Origin: Octopus sinensis
Taxonomy: Eukaryota
Assembly (NCBI RefSeq): GCF_006345805.1
Contig: NC_043003.1
Location: forward strand, 25,730,001-25,794,000
Direction: 5' to 3'
DNA length: 64,000 bases
Shown: positions 12,952 through 25,869 of the stretch, one piece after another
How the letters are laid out: each line of letters starts with the position of its first letter
How positions within the stretch are numbered: the stretch's first letter is position 1
Program-made: the position numbers and the translations under genes
Notes under the pieces: generated by a model
Told to the model about the DNA's origin: nothing
Seen by the model: only the letters and a program-made list of their open reading frames with translations
Database searches by the model: none

Positions 12952-13486
12952 TATATTTAAATTTACCAGGATATTAAGAATCCTTATTTGTTCCGTTATT
13001 TATTTATTTATGCGCGCGCGTGTGTGTGTTATCTAAACTCCCAAACCTATAACTAATCAGATAATAAAGCTTGCTTTAATCTTGCTGTTAACAAAGATTA
13101 TTAATGAGATTATAAATATAATTTCAGATTAGTGAGTGGACGCGCGCACGCACGCGTACACATACACACAAAGTCTTACTAACTCCCCCTCTCTTTCTTT
13201 CTCCCCCTTCTCTCTCTCTCTCTCTTCATCTATCTATTTCTCTAATACAGGCTATGCATACTCCACTTAAAAAATTGATTTTTTAAAAATCCAATTTTCC
13301 CTACCTTTAGCAGACCACCCGCATCAAACACACTCATCACTTCATGAGTCAATGAGGAAGATTTTAGGTGGTGCTTCGTTCTGCTTGATATAGCAGTCAA
13401 GTCTCCCTCCTACCACGCCCAGTTGTTTTATGATAGTATAACACCTATATTTTCACGAGACAGAGAAAAAAAATATTTATGTTCAT

Positions 13487-13836
13487 CAGGGCCGGTGCAA
13501 AGAAGTGTGGGGCTCAATTAAAGAATTGCCAGTGGGGCCTTCTACTCTACAAAAGCTGAATATTGATGTTTTATGCCAAAAAGCGTTGAGGGCTTCGGCT
13601 CCACTATTAGCCACAATGATATACTAAAACTTGAAATCTCATATGAAAGTTTTAATGTTTTATTATAAATCAAGATAATTACAGATATACCGTTTGTGAA
13701 TTCATCTGAGCATCCTCTGCCCGAGCGGATGCTCGGGGCCCTCTCTTGGCGCGGGGTCCTCTCCTGGCGCGGGGCTCTCTCTCGGCGCGGGCCCAATTTA
13801 AACAAATCTGCCTAATTAGAATTAAAACCTGTCCTG
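13487..13836. mobile_element. hAT-like MITE with internal 18-bp GC-rich tandem repeats
   Basis: Ends CAGGGCCGGT and ACCTGTCCTG (8/10 inverted match). Repeat ctctcttggcgcgggg about 3 times at 13735-13793. Confidence 0.5.
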
Positions 13837-13846
13837 ATGCAATTAT

Positions 13847-13928
13847 TCGGTTGCTATAATAAGACTCCGAGTTTCGAATGTCGAGGCGGAAAACTGCTTC
13901 GGCATCTCGTCAGTTAGCGAGCAATCGA
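13847..13928 (-). ncRNA. Candidate type I hammerhead ribozyme
   Basis: Minus strand: CUGACGA at 13913-13907, GAAA at 13875-13872, stem III ACU-CGG-AGU, GUC triplet with predicted cut after 13863. Stem I is UAA/UUA, an internal loop, then UUGCU/AGCAA and UCG/CGA. G-C-closed long stem II. Confidence 0.6.
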
Positions 13929-14057
13929 GGTCTCGTTCTTTCTTTTGTTGTCTTACCATTACTATTAATGTGTGTGTGTGTGTGTGTGTGTGTGTTCATG
14001 GACATTTTTAGACCTAAGTGAGCATAGACATACTTACACAAGTGTGCCCATCTAATC

Positions 14058-14542
14058 GATTTTGTTTCCTCATAACTTTCAGAAAAATGGATATTCTTTA
14101 GTGAAATTTTCCACGAATAACTTTCAGATGGTGTACATTATGACTATATCGGAATTTGATGAGAAAAAAGTTGGTGGATATTCAGTGACACACATTACAT
14201 AAATGTATGTGTGTGCGATTGTGTGTCAGTATGCATGTATGTGCGAATAACAACTTTTTCGCATCAGATTCCGATATAATCGCAATCTACAAAATCTGAA
14301 AGGTATTTGTGAAAAATTTCATCAAAAATTATCCGTTTTTCTGAAAGTTAGGAGGTAATAAAGTCAACTGATGTGAATTGTCCGAAACTCTCCTCTCTCC
14401 ACTACCTCCGAATTTTTTTTTTTCTTTTGTTTTGCGCAACATATTCCGTTATAATCGGTATCTACACCATTTGAAAGGGATTTGAAGAAAATTTCATTAA
14501 AAACTATTCCTTTTTCTGGAAGTTATGAGGAAACAAAGTCGA
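14058..14542. repeat. Three related units of about 100 bp (one inverted, two direct); foldback/MITE-like
   Basis: 14058-14165 is the reverse complement of units near 14265-14365 and 14440-14542 (GAAAATTTCAT...CTGAAAGTTA.GAGG...AAAGTC). Confidence 0.55.
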
Positions 14543-15086
14543 TAATGGGACACAATTGCGTAGGTATGCCGAGAGCACATCCCTCTCCGATCGTTTACCA
14601 AGTAGATTTCTTCCAGAGAGAAAAAACATAAAAAGTAGAGTGAAACAAAGAGAATAGATCTGGCAACTTAATTTATCTGACATTTTAACGACACTGGCAA
14701 CTGGCTACATTAGAGTAATATAATTTATTACACATAAGTATAAAATGCTTATATAAGTAAAAAATGCTTATTTTCTTTCAAATTTTCCCCCTTTTTCCCC
14801 TATGTATTTCGGCGATCCCAAGCACATGGTGTTCCCCCGCCCGATCAAGTGAAGTAGAGGGCGTTACCCAAGTTTCTTGTAGCTTACCTCCAGTCGGCAC
14901 TTCAATAAGAATTGTATCCAGAATTGTAGTTGTACTGTTAAAGGTCAGGCTTGCTTCTAGCTGCATCCCATGACTAATTAGTCTCTTACCAAATGGTTGT
15001 TCTCATCACTACAAGCGTATTTTCAATTCACTGAAATTTCTTGGTTCGCTGCATCACATGTTAGCACATAATTTATTATATATATA

Positions 15087-15142
<56 letters not shown>

Positions 15143-15239
15143 TTACTATAAGGTGAGCAAAAGTATACGTACTCCGCTATATGTATATATGAATATTAAG
15201 AAAAAATGGAACCAAAACGCAGTAGAAGACAATAAAACA

Positions 15240-15540
15240 TCTGGACAGATAACCGATACAAAGACGGATAGGAAAAACAACAATTAGGGGAACAGGAAAA
15301 AAAAGGACGGGTCATTCGTGGCCTTCTTTTGTCAGTCAAGCCACCAGATGTCCTTACAATTTCAGGCACTTACACTTGAGACTGGGGGCAAGCAGATCGA
15401 ACAGTCACAAGTGTAACTGCCCGTAACTGAGAGGACATCTGGTAATTTGACTGACGAAAGAAGGCCAATAATAACCCGTCCGTTTTTTCTTGTCCATCTA
15501 ATTGTAATTTTCCTGCACGCTCATACACAGCCTGCAATAC
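15240..15540. repeat. Inverted pair of a dispersed repeat, possibly a PLE pseudo-LTR relic (other copies about 16120-16310 and 19490-19690)
   Basis: GGACGGGTCATTCGTGGCCTTCTTTTGTCAGTCAA...CCAGATGTCCT is mirrored at about 15431-15482. Confidence 0.5.
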
Positions 15541-16694
15541 GAAAAACAAAACTTATCTAAGGACGGATGGACGCAGCAGATCCAACGGCCACCGAACAGC
15601 AGGGAGTGAGAGACCCCCAGTTTTTGCATAGACATCTCTCTAGGAGATTTCATTTGCATCGACTGATGTAGCATAGTTCTTAGGAGAATGAGGAAAATGC
15701 GCTCGTTGCTAAGAGAGTGGGAGCGACCTTGTTCAAAGCGTTAGTTTGCTTTCAAGTGCTTCCGACACAGGCGTCGCTTGATTTATAACTATTTCATTAT
15801 GTGTTGCATACTATATATGACAGACCATAGCCGTAAAAAGTAAAACACTCAATGAAAAGTTTCATGATGAAATGTTGACATGTGTCAACATGGGTGATAA
15901 GCTTTCTGAACACCTGTTGTAAGAGGCGCCCATTACTATCCACATCTGTGTAAAAGAATGTAAGTCCCTAGCAGGAGTGAAAATCCACATCCGTGCTGCT
16001 TTAAGAGAACAATCATTCGATGTCATTATTCGAAATCGAGTTGAAGTCATCGTGTATGTGTGTATGTTGGGAAGGAGTAAGTGTGTCTAGGTATATATGT
16101 ATGTATGTGTGTATGTATATATATATAAAATACAAAATGGGACAAGAACGCAAAACATCCAGACAGTTAGGTGACACAAAAAAGGACAACAAAACATCCA
16201 GATAGACGATACAAAAAAAAACAAGGACGGGTCATTCGGATTTTTCTTTCCTCAGTCGAGTTCCAGATTATCTTTGCAATTTCGGCTGGTTATACTCGAG
16301 ATTTCTCATAGGTGCAGGTGTGTCTGCATGGTAAGAACTTGCTTTGCAACCGCATAGTTCCTCACATGATACTTTGGCCATGTGTCTACCACTATAGCCT
16401 GCGCCATGTGTGTGTGCGTGTGTGTGTGTGTGTGTCTTTGTGTTGTTATTCGATTAAAATTTCTCAAGGCAGTGCCCCAGCATGACCACAGTCTACTGAC
16501 GGATAGGTACATAGGTAATATGAACAGACAAGCACATATACACACATACGTACGCAAATGTAGACTGAAACACAGGATCATAGACACACACACTTCACTT
16601 CACACAAGGACACATATGGAGACACACACCCATACATACAGACACAGTACATAGTCACAAAACCCCATACACAGACACGTTAGAAACACAGACA

Positions 16695-17307
16695 CTGGCA
16701 GAAACGTTAGCACGCCGGGCGAAATGCGTAGCCGTATTTCGTCTGCCGTTATGTTCTGAGTTCAAATTCCGCCGAGGTCGGCTTTGCCTTTCATCCTTTC
16801 GGGGTCGATAAATTAAGTACAATGTTAAGCACTGGGGTCGATGTATTCGACTTAATCCGTTTGTCTGTCCTTGTTTGTCCCCTCTGTGTTTAGCCTATTG
16901 TGGGTAGTAAAGAAATAGGTATTTCGTCTGCTGTTACGTTCTGAGTTCAAATTCCGCCGAGGTCGACTTTGCCGTTCATCTTTTCGGGGTCGATAAATTA
17001 AGTACCAGTTACGCACTGGGGTCGATCTAATCGACTTAATCCCTTGTTTGTCCCCTCTATGTTTAGCCCCTTGTGAGCAATAAAGAAATAAGAAACGTTA
17101 GTACGGCGGGTTAAATGCTTAGCGGTATTTTGTCTGCCGTTGCGTTCTGAGTTCAAATTTCACCGAGGTCGACTTTGCCTTTCATCTTTTCGGGGTCGAT
17201 AAATTAAGTACCAGTTACGCACTAGAGGTCGATCTAATCGACCTAATCCCTTGTCTGTCCTTGTTTGTCCCCTCTATGTTTAGCCCCTTGTGGGCAATAA
17301 AGAAATA
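16695..17307 (+). mobile_element. Head-to-tail trimer of tRNA-derived SINE family B
   Basis: Three consecutive copies, each ending TAAAGAAATA. Flanking repeat AAAACC(C)CATACACAGACAC at 16659-16678 and 17308-17326. Confidence 0.85.
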
Positions 17308-17831
17308 AAAACCCATACACAGACACACTCAGACATGCACAAAGGGACAGAGGTACACATACGCACACACACACACAAACACATAAATATGCAGAATACA
17401 TGCATACATACAAACGTACACACATACATATATACATACACGCACACACACATACATGCATACACACTCTTACATACATACATACATGCATGCATACATA
17501 CATACATACATACATACATACATACATACTTACATACATAATACATACATACATGTGTATGACCCACACACATGGGCACAAACAAACAAAAAGATCGCAG
17601 CTCGGATCACGGATAGAGTCATCGACAATTGAAAAGGTGCAAGACGCAACGAAAATTTTAGGAAAAATAAATAAGTGAATGGAAACTTTACCGGTGAGTG
17701 TGTTAAATAATAAGGAACTAAAAGAGAATGACTCTCCGCAGACACAACAAAATATGCTTCAACACACGAACTCACATAAAGAATCTTGCAAACCAAATCC
17801 AAAAAGGAAATATATATATATATATATTTAT

Positions 17832-18050
17832 ATCTCTTATATAAAATCCGTTCTGTCTGTGTGTGTGTGTGTGTGTCTTCTAGGATCTCGGGCATACTCC
17901 ATCCGATTGCGCTCAAATTTGGTATGTAGATACCGACGGTATCAGGGCGTGTATAAGTCTTCAAAAAATTACAAAAATCGATTCCAGGTGAGAATGTGAT
18001 CGATAAAGTCGTGGGAACGTGCATTTGTACGCGCAAGTACATCAGTTATG
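17832..18050 (+). mobile_element. 5' part of a Helitron-like non-autonomous element
   Basis: A|TCTCTTATATAAAA start, GTCTGTGTGT microsatellite and CCGATTGCGCTCAAATTTGGTATG motif. Confidence 0.45.
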
Positions 18051-18720
18051 TGGTTTACAAGGCTGCGCTCCACTAGCTTTTCCATGCCTTTGAACATCTC
18101 GTAAATTAAGTTAGCTTAAAATTAGTTACTTAGTTCCCTAGGTTATTGCTTTTCATCAAAAATCGTCCCAAGTTGATTTCCTACATGTTTTATCGGATAA
18201 ACTTATTATTGTCCCAGGTACGTTCTCATAAATTCATCATGCTTTTCCATCTAGATTTACCTCCAGCTAACCCTTTTGCCTGCATCGTTTTTGTTCTGCT
18301 TTTCTTCCGTCAACCTGTACATAACTACACCTTCCATTTTTTTTTTTTTTTTTGTACTGCTTAAAGACACATTTCTTTCCTGCCAAGCTTACTGTATAAA
18401 CCATGTTTGTGTTCTCCCAGTCAACAGCCTTATCATTACTGGTACAAATATGCAACTCTTCGGTTGCATAGTTGTGTGAATAAAAATCGTAATTCTTTGG
18501 AATAGAAAAAAGTCTATCTTTATTTCTTCTTTTGCTGGTGTCTCAAATTTAGGTTAAATCAGTGTTTCTCAAAGGGTGGGGGCGGGCTATGGGACGGTCG
18601 AACAAGTTGTTTTGAGAAAATTTGGTTTAAATGTTTGACAACTCAGCACCGTCCATTGGACGGGGGCGTTTTGCTCGTATAATTTATATGCATGTTTGTA
18701 TGTATGCATGTATATATCAT

Positions 18721-19200
18721 GGCGAAGTTTCGTTTGTCGTAGCACACGTTTCCGTCGATTTCCGTAAAAAACTTTTATTTTTTTACATATGGCTTTGCGG
18801 GAATATTTGAAGTAATGAGAGCGAAAGAGACTAAGAGGAAGCGATTTTATGACGAGGGAATTTCTTTTTGAAGTCCCCGTGTGTGTGTTTGATGGGGTGT
18901 GGGAGACAGACAGTATGTTGTGTAAGTGAAGTGCTTCTGTTAGTGTGTGCGAAGAGACAGAGTAATGTGTGAAAGAGAGAGATAACTGAAATTTTTTACT
19001 CGGTGTATGTGTATATGTATGTGTGTGTGTGTATGTATCTATGTATGTGTGTGTGTATGTATGTGTGTGTGTGTAAGTATGTGTGTGTGTATGTATGTAT
19101 GGCCGATTCAGTGTAATTTTTTACTCGGTGTATGTGTATATGTATGTTTGCATGTATGTGTGTGTGTGTATGTATCTATGTATGTGTGTGTGTGTATGTA
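18721..19200. mobile_element. Truncated copy of the long-TIR foldback MITE (left TIR plus two minisatellite units)
   Basis: Matches 27266-27660; the right half is replaced by a SINE at about 19203. Confidence 0.75.
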
Positions 19201-19701
19201 TGTATATATATCACCGTGACCAACCAGACTATCAGATGTTGCTACACATCGCTGGTCACAATGCGCTTCGCATTGTTTTAGCCTTCAAATGACGCCACCC
19301 CGCTGGCTAAGCGAGCAGGCCGACAGAATGAAGAGTGAGAGAAGCCTCGTGGAACTTTAGATGTCTTTTTTCAATAAATACTCACAACGCCCGATCTGGG
19401 AATCGAAACCGCGACCCTACAACCGTGAATCCACTGCCCTAACCACTGGGTCATTGCGCCTATATATATAAGAACAAAGTGTACGTACGCCGCTATATAT
19501 ATATATAATACAAAATGGAACAAGAATGCAAAATATCCGGACAACTAGGTAATACAAAAAGGGACAACAAAACATCCGGATAGACGATACAAAAAAAAAC
19601 AAAAAAAAACGGGTCATTCGAAGCTTTTTATCCTCAGTCAAGAACAGAATCATCCTCGCAATTTCGGCTGATTAATCTTGAGATTGCTTGTCCCAAGTTT
19701 G

Positions 19702-19772
<71 letters not shown>

Positions 19773-21870
19773 AATAAAATAGAACATATGCATATATATA
19801 AACATATATGTACGTACCTACCTCTACATGTACATATACACGCATATATGTGTACAGGACACCAAAAAGACGTCGAACACATAGAGAGACGAAACACATA
19901 GACACAAACCAAGGAACAAGACAAGCAAAAAAAAAGAGAGAGATACAGGACAATAAGCACAACGAAAAATCCCCTTCTTCAGTCGCTAAGGTTTCATCTA
20001 CTAAACGTTTCGAAGGATAAAAGCGAGACGTATACTTCGAAGAAAACTTCCTTCCCGCGAAAAGCAAATCAATTAAAATTCTGAGATCTTTTCGCAGAGG
20101 GGTAAAAAAAAAGCAAGACGGTAACGACAGTACAAACATATAAACAGTAAAAAATATATATATAAACAGTGGAAAAATAAATATATAACAGTGAGAGACA
20201 GGACAAGGAGAACAAGATAAGAAGGGCTGTTAACGCCAGACGAAAAAAGTATTGCAAACGCTGGATTATCGTGGACGACGAGAGAGAGAGAAAATGTGTC
20301 GACCAGTAGCCTTAGGAGGCGGGCGAGAAAAGACAGGATAGCAGTTACGACGGAAGTATCGTCGCAGATGGACGACGGGAATGGGGGAGGAGGAGCAAGA
20401 GGAAGAGAGAGAAGAAGGGGAATGGTGCAAGGAGACCAAGAAGAATGGTGAAAGGGAGAGAGAGAATGAAGAATGAGAGAGAGAGGAAGAGACAAGTTAA
20501 GTGAGGGAAAAAAAGACGAAAAAGGGAATGGGAGAGAAAGAAAGAAAGATATATATATATAATATACACACACATACAAAATTCTAATTTATAACTTATT
20601 GAATCTATCTTGCTAGAGTTCATATAACGTACTTGTTTTGTGTGTGTATATAAGCGTGTACAGTATGTATGTGTGTGTGTGTGTGTGAGGTACGTGATGT
20701 GACTGTTTTGTTTCTACGTAACGTGCGTGTGTGTGGTCCCTTCGTCCAAAGACATCTTGTGCAGAGTTCAGTAGAAGTGAATGAAAGATTATATATCACT
20801 TGTGATGACGTGTTAGTATCTAAGCTTCCTTCCCCCATCACTCGCTGCCACCCGTCATCATATAGGAGAGAGAGAGAGAAGAGAGGAGGGTAACTATATA
20901 CATACAGAGAGAGACACACACACACAAACAGACAGAGAGACAGAAGTGGGAGAGAGAGAGAGAGAAAGTGAACAGAATAGATGAGAAAAGAGAGAGGAGA
21001 GTGAGAGGAAGAAAATAAACATAAGGGAAACAAATTTTGGACACACGCACACATATACACATGTATGTGTGTGTGCGTATATATATATATACATGTGTGT
21101 GTATGCATGTGAATATATGTATATATATATATGTGCATGCGCGTGTATGTATATGTATATATATGTGTGTGTGTGCATGTGTGTGTTTATATTTATATAT
21201 GTGTGTGTGTATACAAATATATATATATATACATACATACATAGTAGCTCCTTTCTCGTATACAAAGCCATCGCTGTGTGCGTGCGTACGTACGTGTGTG
21301 AGTATGTGTGCGTGCGTGTGTGTGTGTGTATGAATTTATAAACTACAAAGGGGAGAAAATTATTCAACAATGTAAGTGGTTTATTTATTTACTTATTTAT
21401 TTCGAATATGAGGCTTCCGTATGTTTAATAAATACTCTGAAATTCGCATCTCCGTTTATTCATATTACTATTTATTTCTATCAGGTTCCACTGCATCCTT
21501 CCCCCCGTCCACTTCACTTACTCTCTTCCTCTATTCAATCACTATATGTGTTAAGTCACGATCGAATTTTGTTCCCAGTTTCGGACCCTTAACATCACGT
21601 CAGCTGATTTTTCTCTCAGAAAGATACACTCACCACTTACCACTTCATCGTCTTCGATGAGTTGCTGAAAATTTCCTACATTTTGGGTAACAGAAAAAAG
21701 CAAGGAGGATCATTTTATTGAACATATTCCCCTCTCAGATTCACACACTTATTGCAGCGGTCCTTCAGTTTTTCTAAGCCCTGTAAAAGAACTTGAAAGG
21801 TTGGAGCCTCCAAACAGGTCTTTTGCGATATCCTTAAAGCCAGGAACTTTTTCAGCACGTCTTCGTATAT

Positions 21871-22128
21871 CAGCAGTTCTCAAATTTGTTTCTTACCTGA
21901 GGACTCCTTTGATTCCTATTTTGCACAGATGGACACTCAGAGCTATTCGATGTTAAAAAAAAAAATCCTATTGTATTTTTTTTTATATAATTAAATATAT
22001 TACGAAATGTATTAAAAAAATTGTTGAAATATTGTATGAGTTGTAGAAAATATTACCAATTTATTGCTCATAAATTTTAACCTCAAAATCTTCCCCACGG
22101 TCATATGGACCCCAGTTGAGAAGCATTG
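21871..22128. mobile_element. hAT (Charlie-like) MITE; uninterrupted relative of 26788-28334
   Basis: CAGCAGTTCTCAA ... TTGAGAAGCATTG ends; internal sequence matches both halves of the interrupted copy. Confidence 0.6.
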
Positions 22129-22952
22129 ATCCATATCTTCCCCACCCTTCACACACACACACACACACACACACACAATACACATACCTATAGAAGGTAC
22201 TTTAAAAGTGATGAAGAGATTGAGAAAACTGATTGGTGTAAAAATAATTAAAACAGTTTGCTAATTAGGTTTGATGATGTTGTTACTGTTGTTGTTGTTG
22301 TTGTTCTTATTTATCCCACCCTTACCTCCTGCAGGCAGATCAGCCGGAGACCAATACTTTAATTCTCGGTGATGTTTATAGCACAGCTGTCTACTAAGTA
22401 ACTAACCCATTTCTTCTTGGTCATTCTCTTAAATCTGATGTAATCAAAATACCAGATGGTGATATGACATTATATAATAACATACTGCAGGGCTTTGTAT
22501 TTTTACTTCTTGTTCCTTTTCTTCTTTTTTTTTTTAAACTGGAGTGCAACGGGTCTCACTCACCAAGTTATGTCAGGTTTATCATAATATATCAATAAAT
22601 TTCAAACATGAATGAAATGAAAATAAAAATATAACTTTTCAAATATCCTTCTCTTATTCCCCTCTAACGCACCCACGCATGTACATTGTTATATAGTTTC
22701 CTTATCTTCGCACAATAAACACAGACTAGACCACATTGGTCTTGTTTCTGTTTTTGCATAGCTCGGAAATCAGGGAGTGTCTCCAGGTCATGCCGCTACT
22801 TCTCCGTATAGAGAGAGAGATCACAACTCTGATACTGAAGACATGTGAGTAGAATGTCGCAGAAACGAATCCCAAGGTGGATTCTCCATGCCGAGCTATC
22901 CTGCAGGAGACCTTGAGATAGATCAAGAACGGGATGGTTGGATAATATCCAT

Positions 22953-23161
22953 AGGCGTAGGAGTAGCTGTGTGGTAAGTAGCTTGCTTACCAACCACATG
23001 GTTCCGGGTTCAGTCCCACTGCGTGGCACCTTGGGCAAGTGTCTTCTACTATAGCCTCGGGTCGACCAAAGCCTTGTGAGTGGATGTGGTAGACGGAAAC
23101 TGAAAGAAGCCCGTCGTATATATGTATGTGTATATATATATATATTATATATATATATATA

Positions 23162-23254
<93 letters not shown>

Positions 23255-23450
23255 TTGTCCTCCCAACATCGCTTGACAACCGATGCTGGTGTGTTTACGT
23301 CCCCGTAACTTAGCGGTTCGGCGAAAGACACCGATAGAATAAGTACTAGGCTTACAAAGAATAGGTCCTGGGGTCGAGTTGCTCGACTAAAAGGCGGTGC
23401 TCCAGCATGGCCACAGTCAAATGACTGAAACAAGTAAAAGGGTAAAAGAG
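22953..23450 (+). mobile_element. Full-length SINE family A
   Basis: A box TGGCTGTGTGG-like, B box GGTTCAGTCCC, CORE-like CCTTGGGCAAGT, internal (TA)n(TG)n, tail AGTAAAAG repeats. Confidence 0.9.
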
Positions 23451-23980
23451 AGAGAGAGAGTCAGAGTTGGTCATGCTTAGGAATTCAGCCAGAAAGTCTC
23501 ATGATGGCTGCTTCAGCTTGGACTCTACAGAGAAGACACCTGAGGGTTCTATCCCCACAACCCTCTCAAGAATAGTCGGCAAAAATGATGGATCGATTTC
23601 TAGGTGGACGGACGGATGGATGGATGCCCCAGTCACAGTTATAACTAGCTACCTCTCGCCAAATTTGGGTCATGTCTTGGATACATTTTGCCACTTTTTA
23701 GTCGGTAGACGGGTCACTGTTGTATTCTTTTTTTTTTCTTTTTTAGAGGATTTAGTAGAAGACGGCATACACCCGAACACGATATGTTTAACCCTAAAGT
23801 TCATGTTTTTTCGTGTTGTAGTGACATGTGACAAACGCCTCGTGGGTGAGCAACACTGTTTTCAATAGACGTTGAATGTATGTGTGTGTGTGTGTGTGCA
23901 TGCATGTAGTATGTGTGTAGACAGTAACTTCGAAATCACTGTCAATAAAATTATGACTCTTCATACATATAAAATCTTTC

Positions 23981-24205
23981 TCTTTCTTTTACTTGTTTCA
24001 GTCATTTGACTGCGGCCATGCTGGAGCACCGCCTTTAATCGAGCAACTCGGGCCCGGGACTTACTCCTTAGTAAGCCCAGTACTTATTCTATCAGTCTCT
24101 TTTGCCGAACCGCTAAGTAACGGGGACATAAACACACCAGCATCGGTTGTCAAGCAATGCTAGGGGGGAGAAACACAGACACACAAACACACACACGCAT
24201 ATATA

Positions 24206-24252
<47 letters not shown>

Positions 24253-24346
24253 GTTTCCGTCTACCAAATCCACTCACAAGGCTTTGGTGCCACGCAGTGG
24301 GACTGAACCCGGAACCACTACTTACCACACAGCCACTCCTGCGCCT
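23981..24346 (-). mobile_element. SINE family A with internal deletions
   Basis: Reverse complement of 22953-23450. Confidence 0.85.
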
Positions 24347-25552
24347 TTCATTCAATATCCATAATTTGAATGCATATAAACACATATACACCCACGCATG
24401 TGTGTGTGTACATAGGTAGGTAGGTAACAGTTTTACTGAAATAAAGTCAGGGGGCATCAATCTGTAATTCTACCTACGCACACACACACACTTATGAGAG
24501 ACGAGCCAGCAAGGGAGACTACTACGAGAAATAGCGACCAAACAACATGCTTTACTTTCTAAAGAAAAATAAAAACATGGTAAAATGTGGTTTTTATATA
24601 TTATTCATGAAAATTGAATAAATGAATAAATAATTAATTAACGGAGATGGTTATGAGTAGAACGCCTTTGAAACACCTTTGATCTTAGGTCTATTCAGTC
24701 GGAGGTAACCTGAAACCAAATAACAACGTTGTATATATTTCTGAATTTACTTATTCATACTGATAAAAACGCCCTTGAGCTCTGAATTCTCAGAAAAATA
24801 TAATTAACGCACTCTCCCCCTCTCTCTCTCTGTATACACGTGTGTATATATATGAATGCGTGTGTGTATGCGTGCGCAGTTATGTGCTCATTCCAACATA
24901 CAAACACACGCGCGCGCATGCACTCAAATGATTGCGGAAGAAAGTACTCAATAAATGCGTGTATAGCTAATATATATCTGTGTGTATGAGTATTTTTCTC
25001 ATATTTAGTAGAAGTGATTGAATAATTCAGCAGACGAGAGCTTCGTACGTTAGCACTTATGAAACTTGTTAAAAATCATATATTATATATATATAATAAA
25101 TGTGTGTATTATTATTATACTTATATATTTATATATAAGTAACAAACGATGGATGAATGTCAGTTCATTACAGCTGTTTCTAACGCATTTATTAACAGAG
25201 GAATGAGCACATTACATCATAGCAAAAAAAAAACTGTTTTCATCAGATGATACACAGAATTTCAAACAAAAGAAGAACAATCCATAAACACAGCAGGTGG
25301 TGTTTACGAGTTAATTCGACCCAACCTGGTGCCTATAATTTAAGTACCTGATTCTCTCCCGAATTCTTAATATTATATATATATATAATTATTATTTGAA
25401 GGAATATAAATCCAAAGTTACAGGGGAAACAATTAAATTTAGAAATACTAAATCAGATTTCACACAATATAATATATATATATATTTTTTTATTATCTTT
25501 TTTATTTTATCTAGTTTCAGCTCACGAGCTGTGGCCATGCTGGGGCACCGCC

Positions 25553-25869
25553 TAGAAAAAACCCACCTTTTATCAATTCAAAATGAACAATTAAATTACA
25601 CCATCTAGAAAATTACATATAATAGAAATATTAAAATTAAAATAACAATAAAATAGCAATGATTAAGTAAATTGCAAAAAAATAATAAAAACGTATATAA
25701 TTATATACGTTTTTATATAACGTATATAATTATATAGGTTTTTTTTTGCAATTTACTTAATCATTGATATTTTATTGTTATTTTAATTTTAATATTTCTA
25801 TTATATGTATTTTCTAGATGGTGTAATTTAATTGTTCATTTTGAATTAATAAAAGGTGTTTTTTTTCTA
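25553..25869. repeat. Near-perfect AT-rich inverted repeat (arms about 130 bp)
   Basis: TAGAAAAAA...ATCAATTCAAAATGAACAATTAAATTACACCATCTAGAAA...GCAAAAAA is mirrored at 25739-25869. The spacer is itself palindromic. Confidence 0.9.

Noticed and set aside
14888-15030. Exon-like segment with two strong GTAAG donors on the minus strand
   Set aside because: The best acceptor leads to stops in all frames, and there is no recognisable product or partner exon. A non-coding exon cannot be excluded.
18060-18500. Coding-like minus-strand peptides (aldo-keto reductase or helicase-like words)
   Set aside because: Multiple stops and no consistent motif order.
19960-20030. Permuted hammerhead-like motif (CGAAAC...CUGAAGAAGGGG) on the minus strand; similar relic near 29165
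   Set aside because: Stems I and III do not close and the cleavage triplet is missing.
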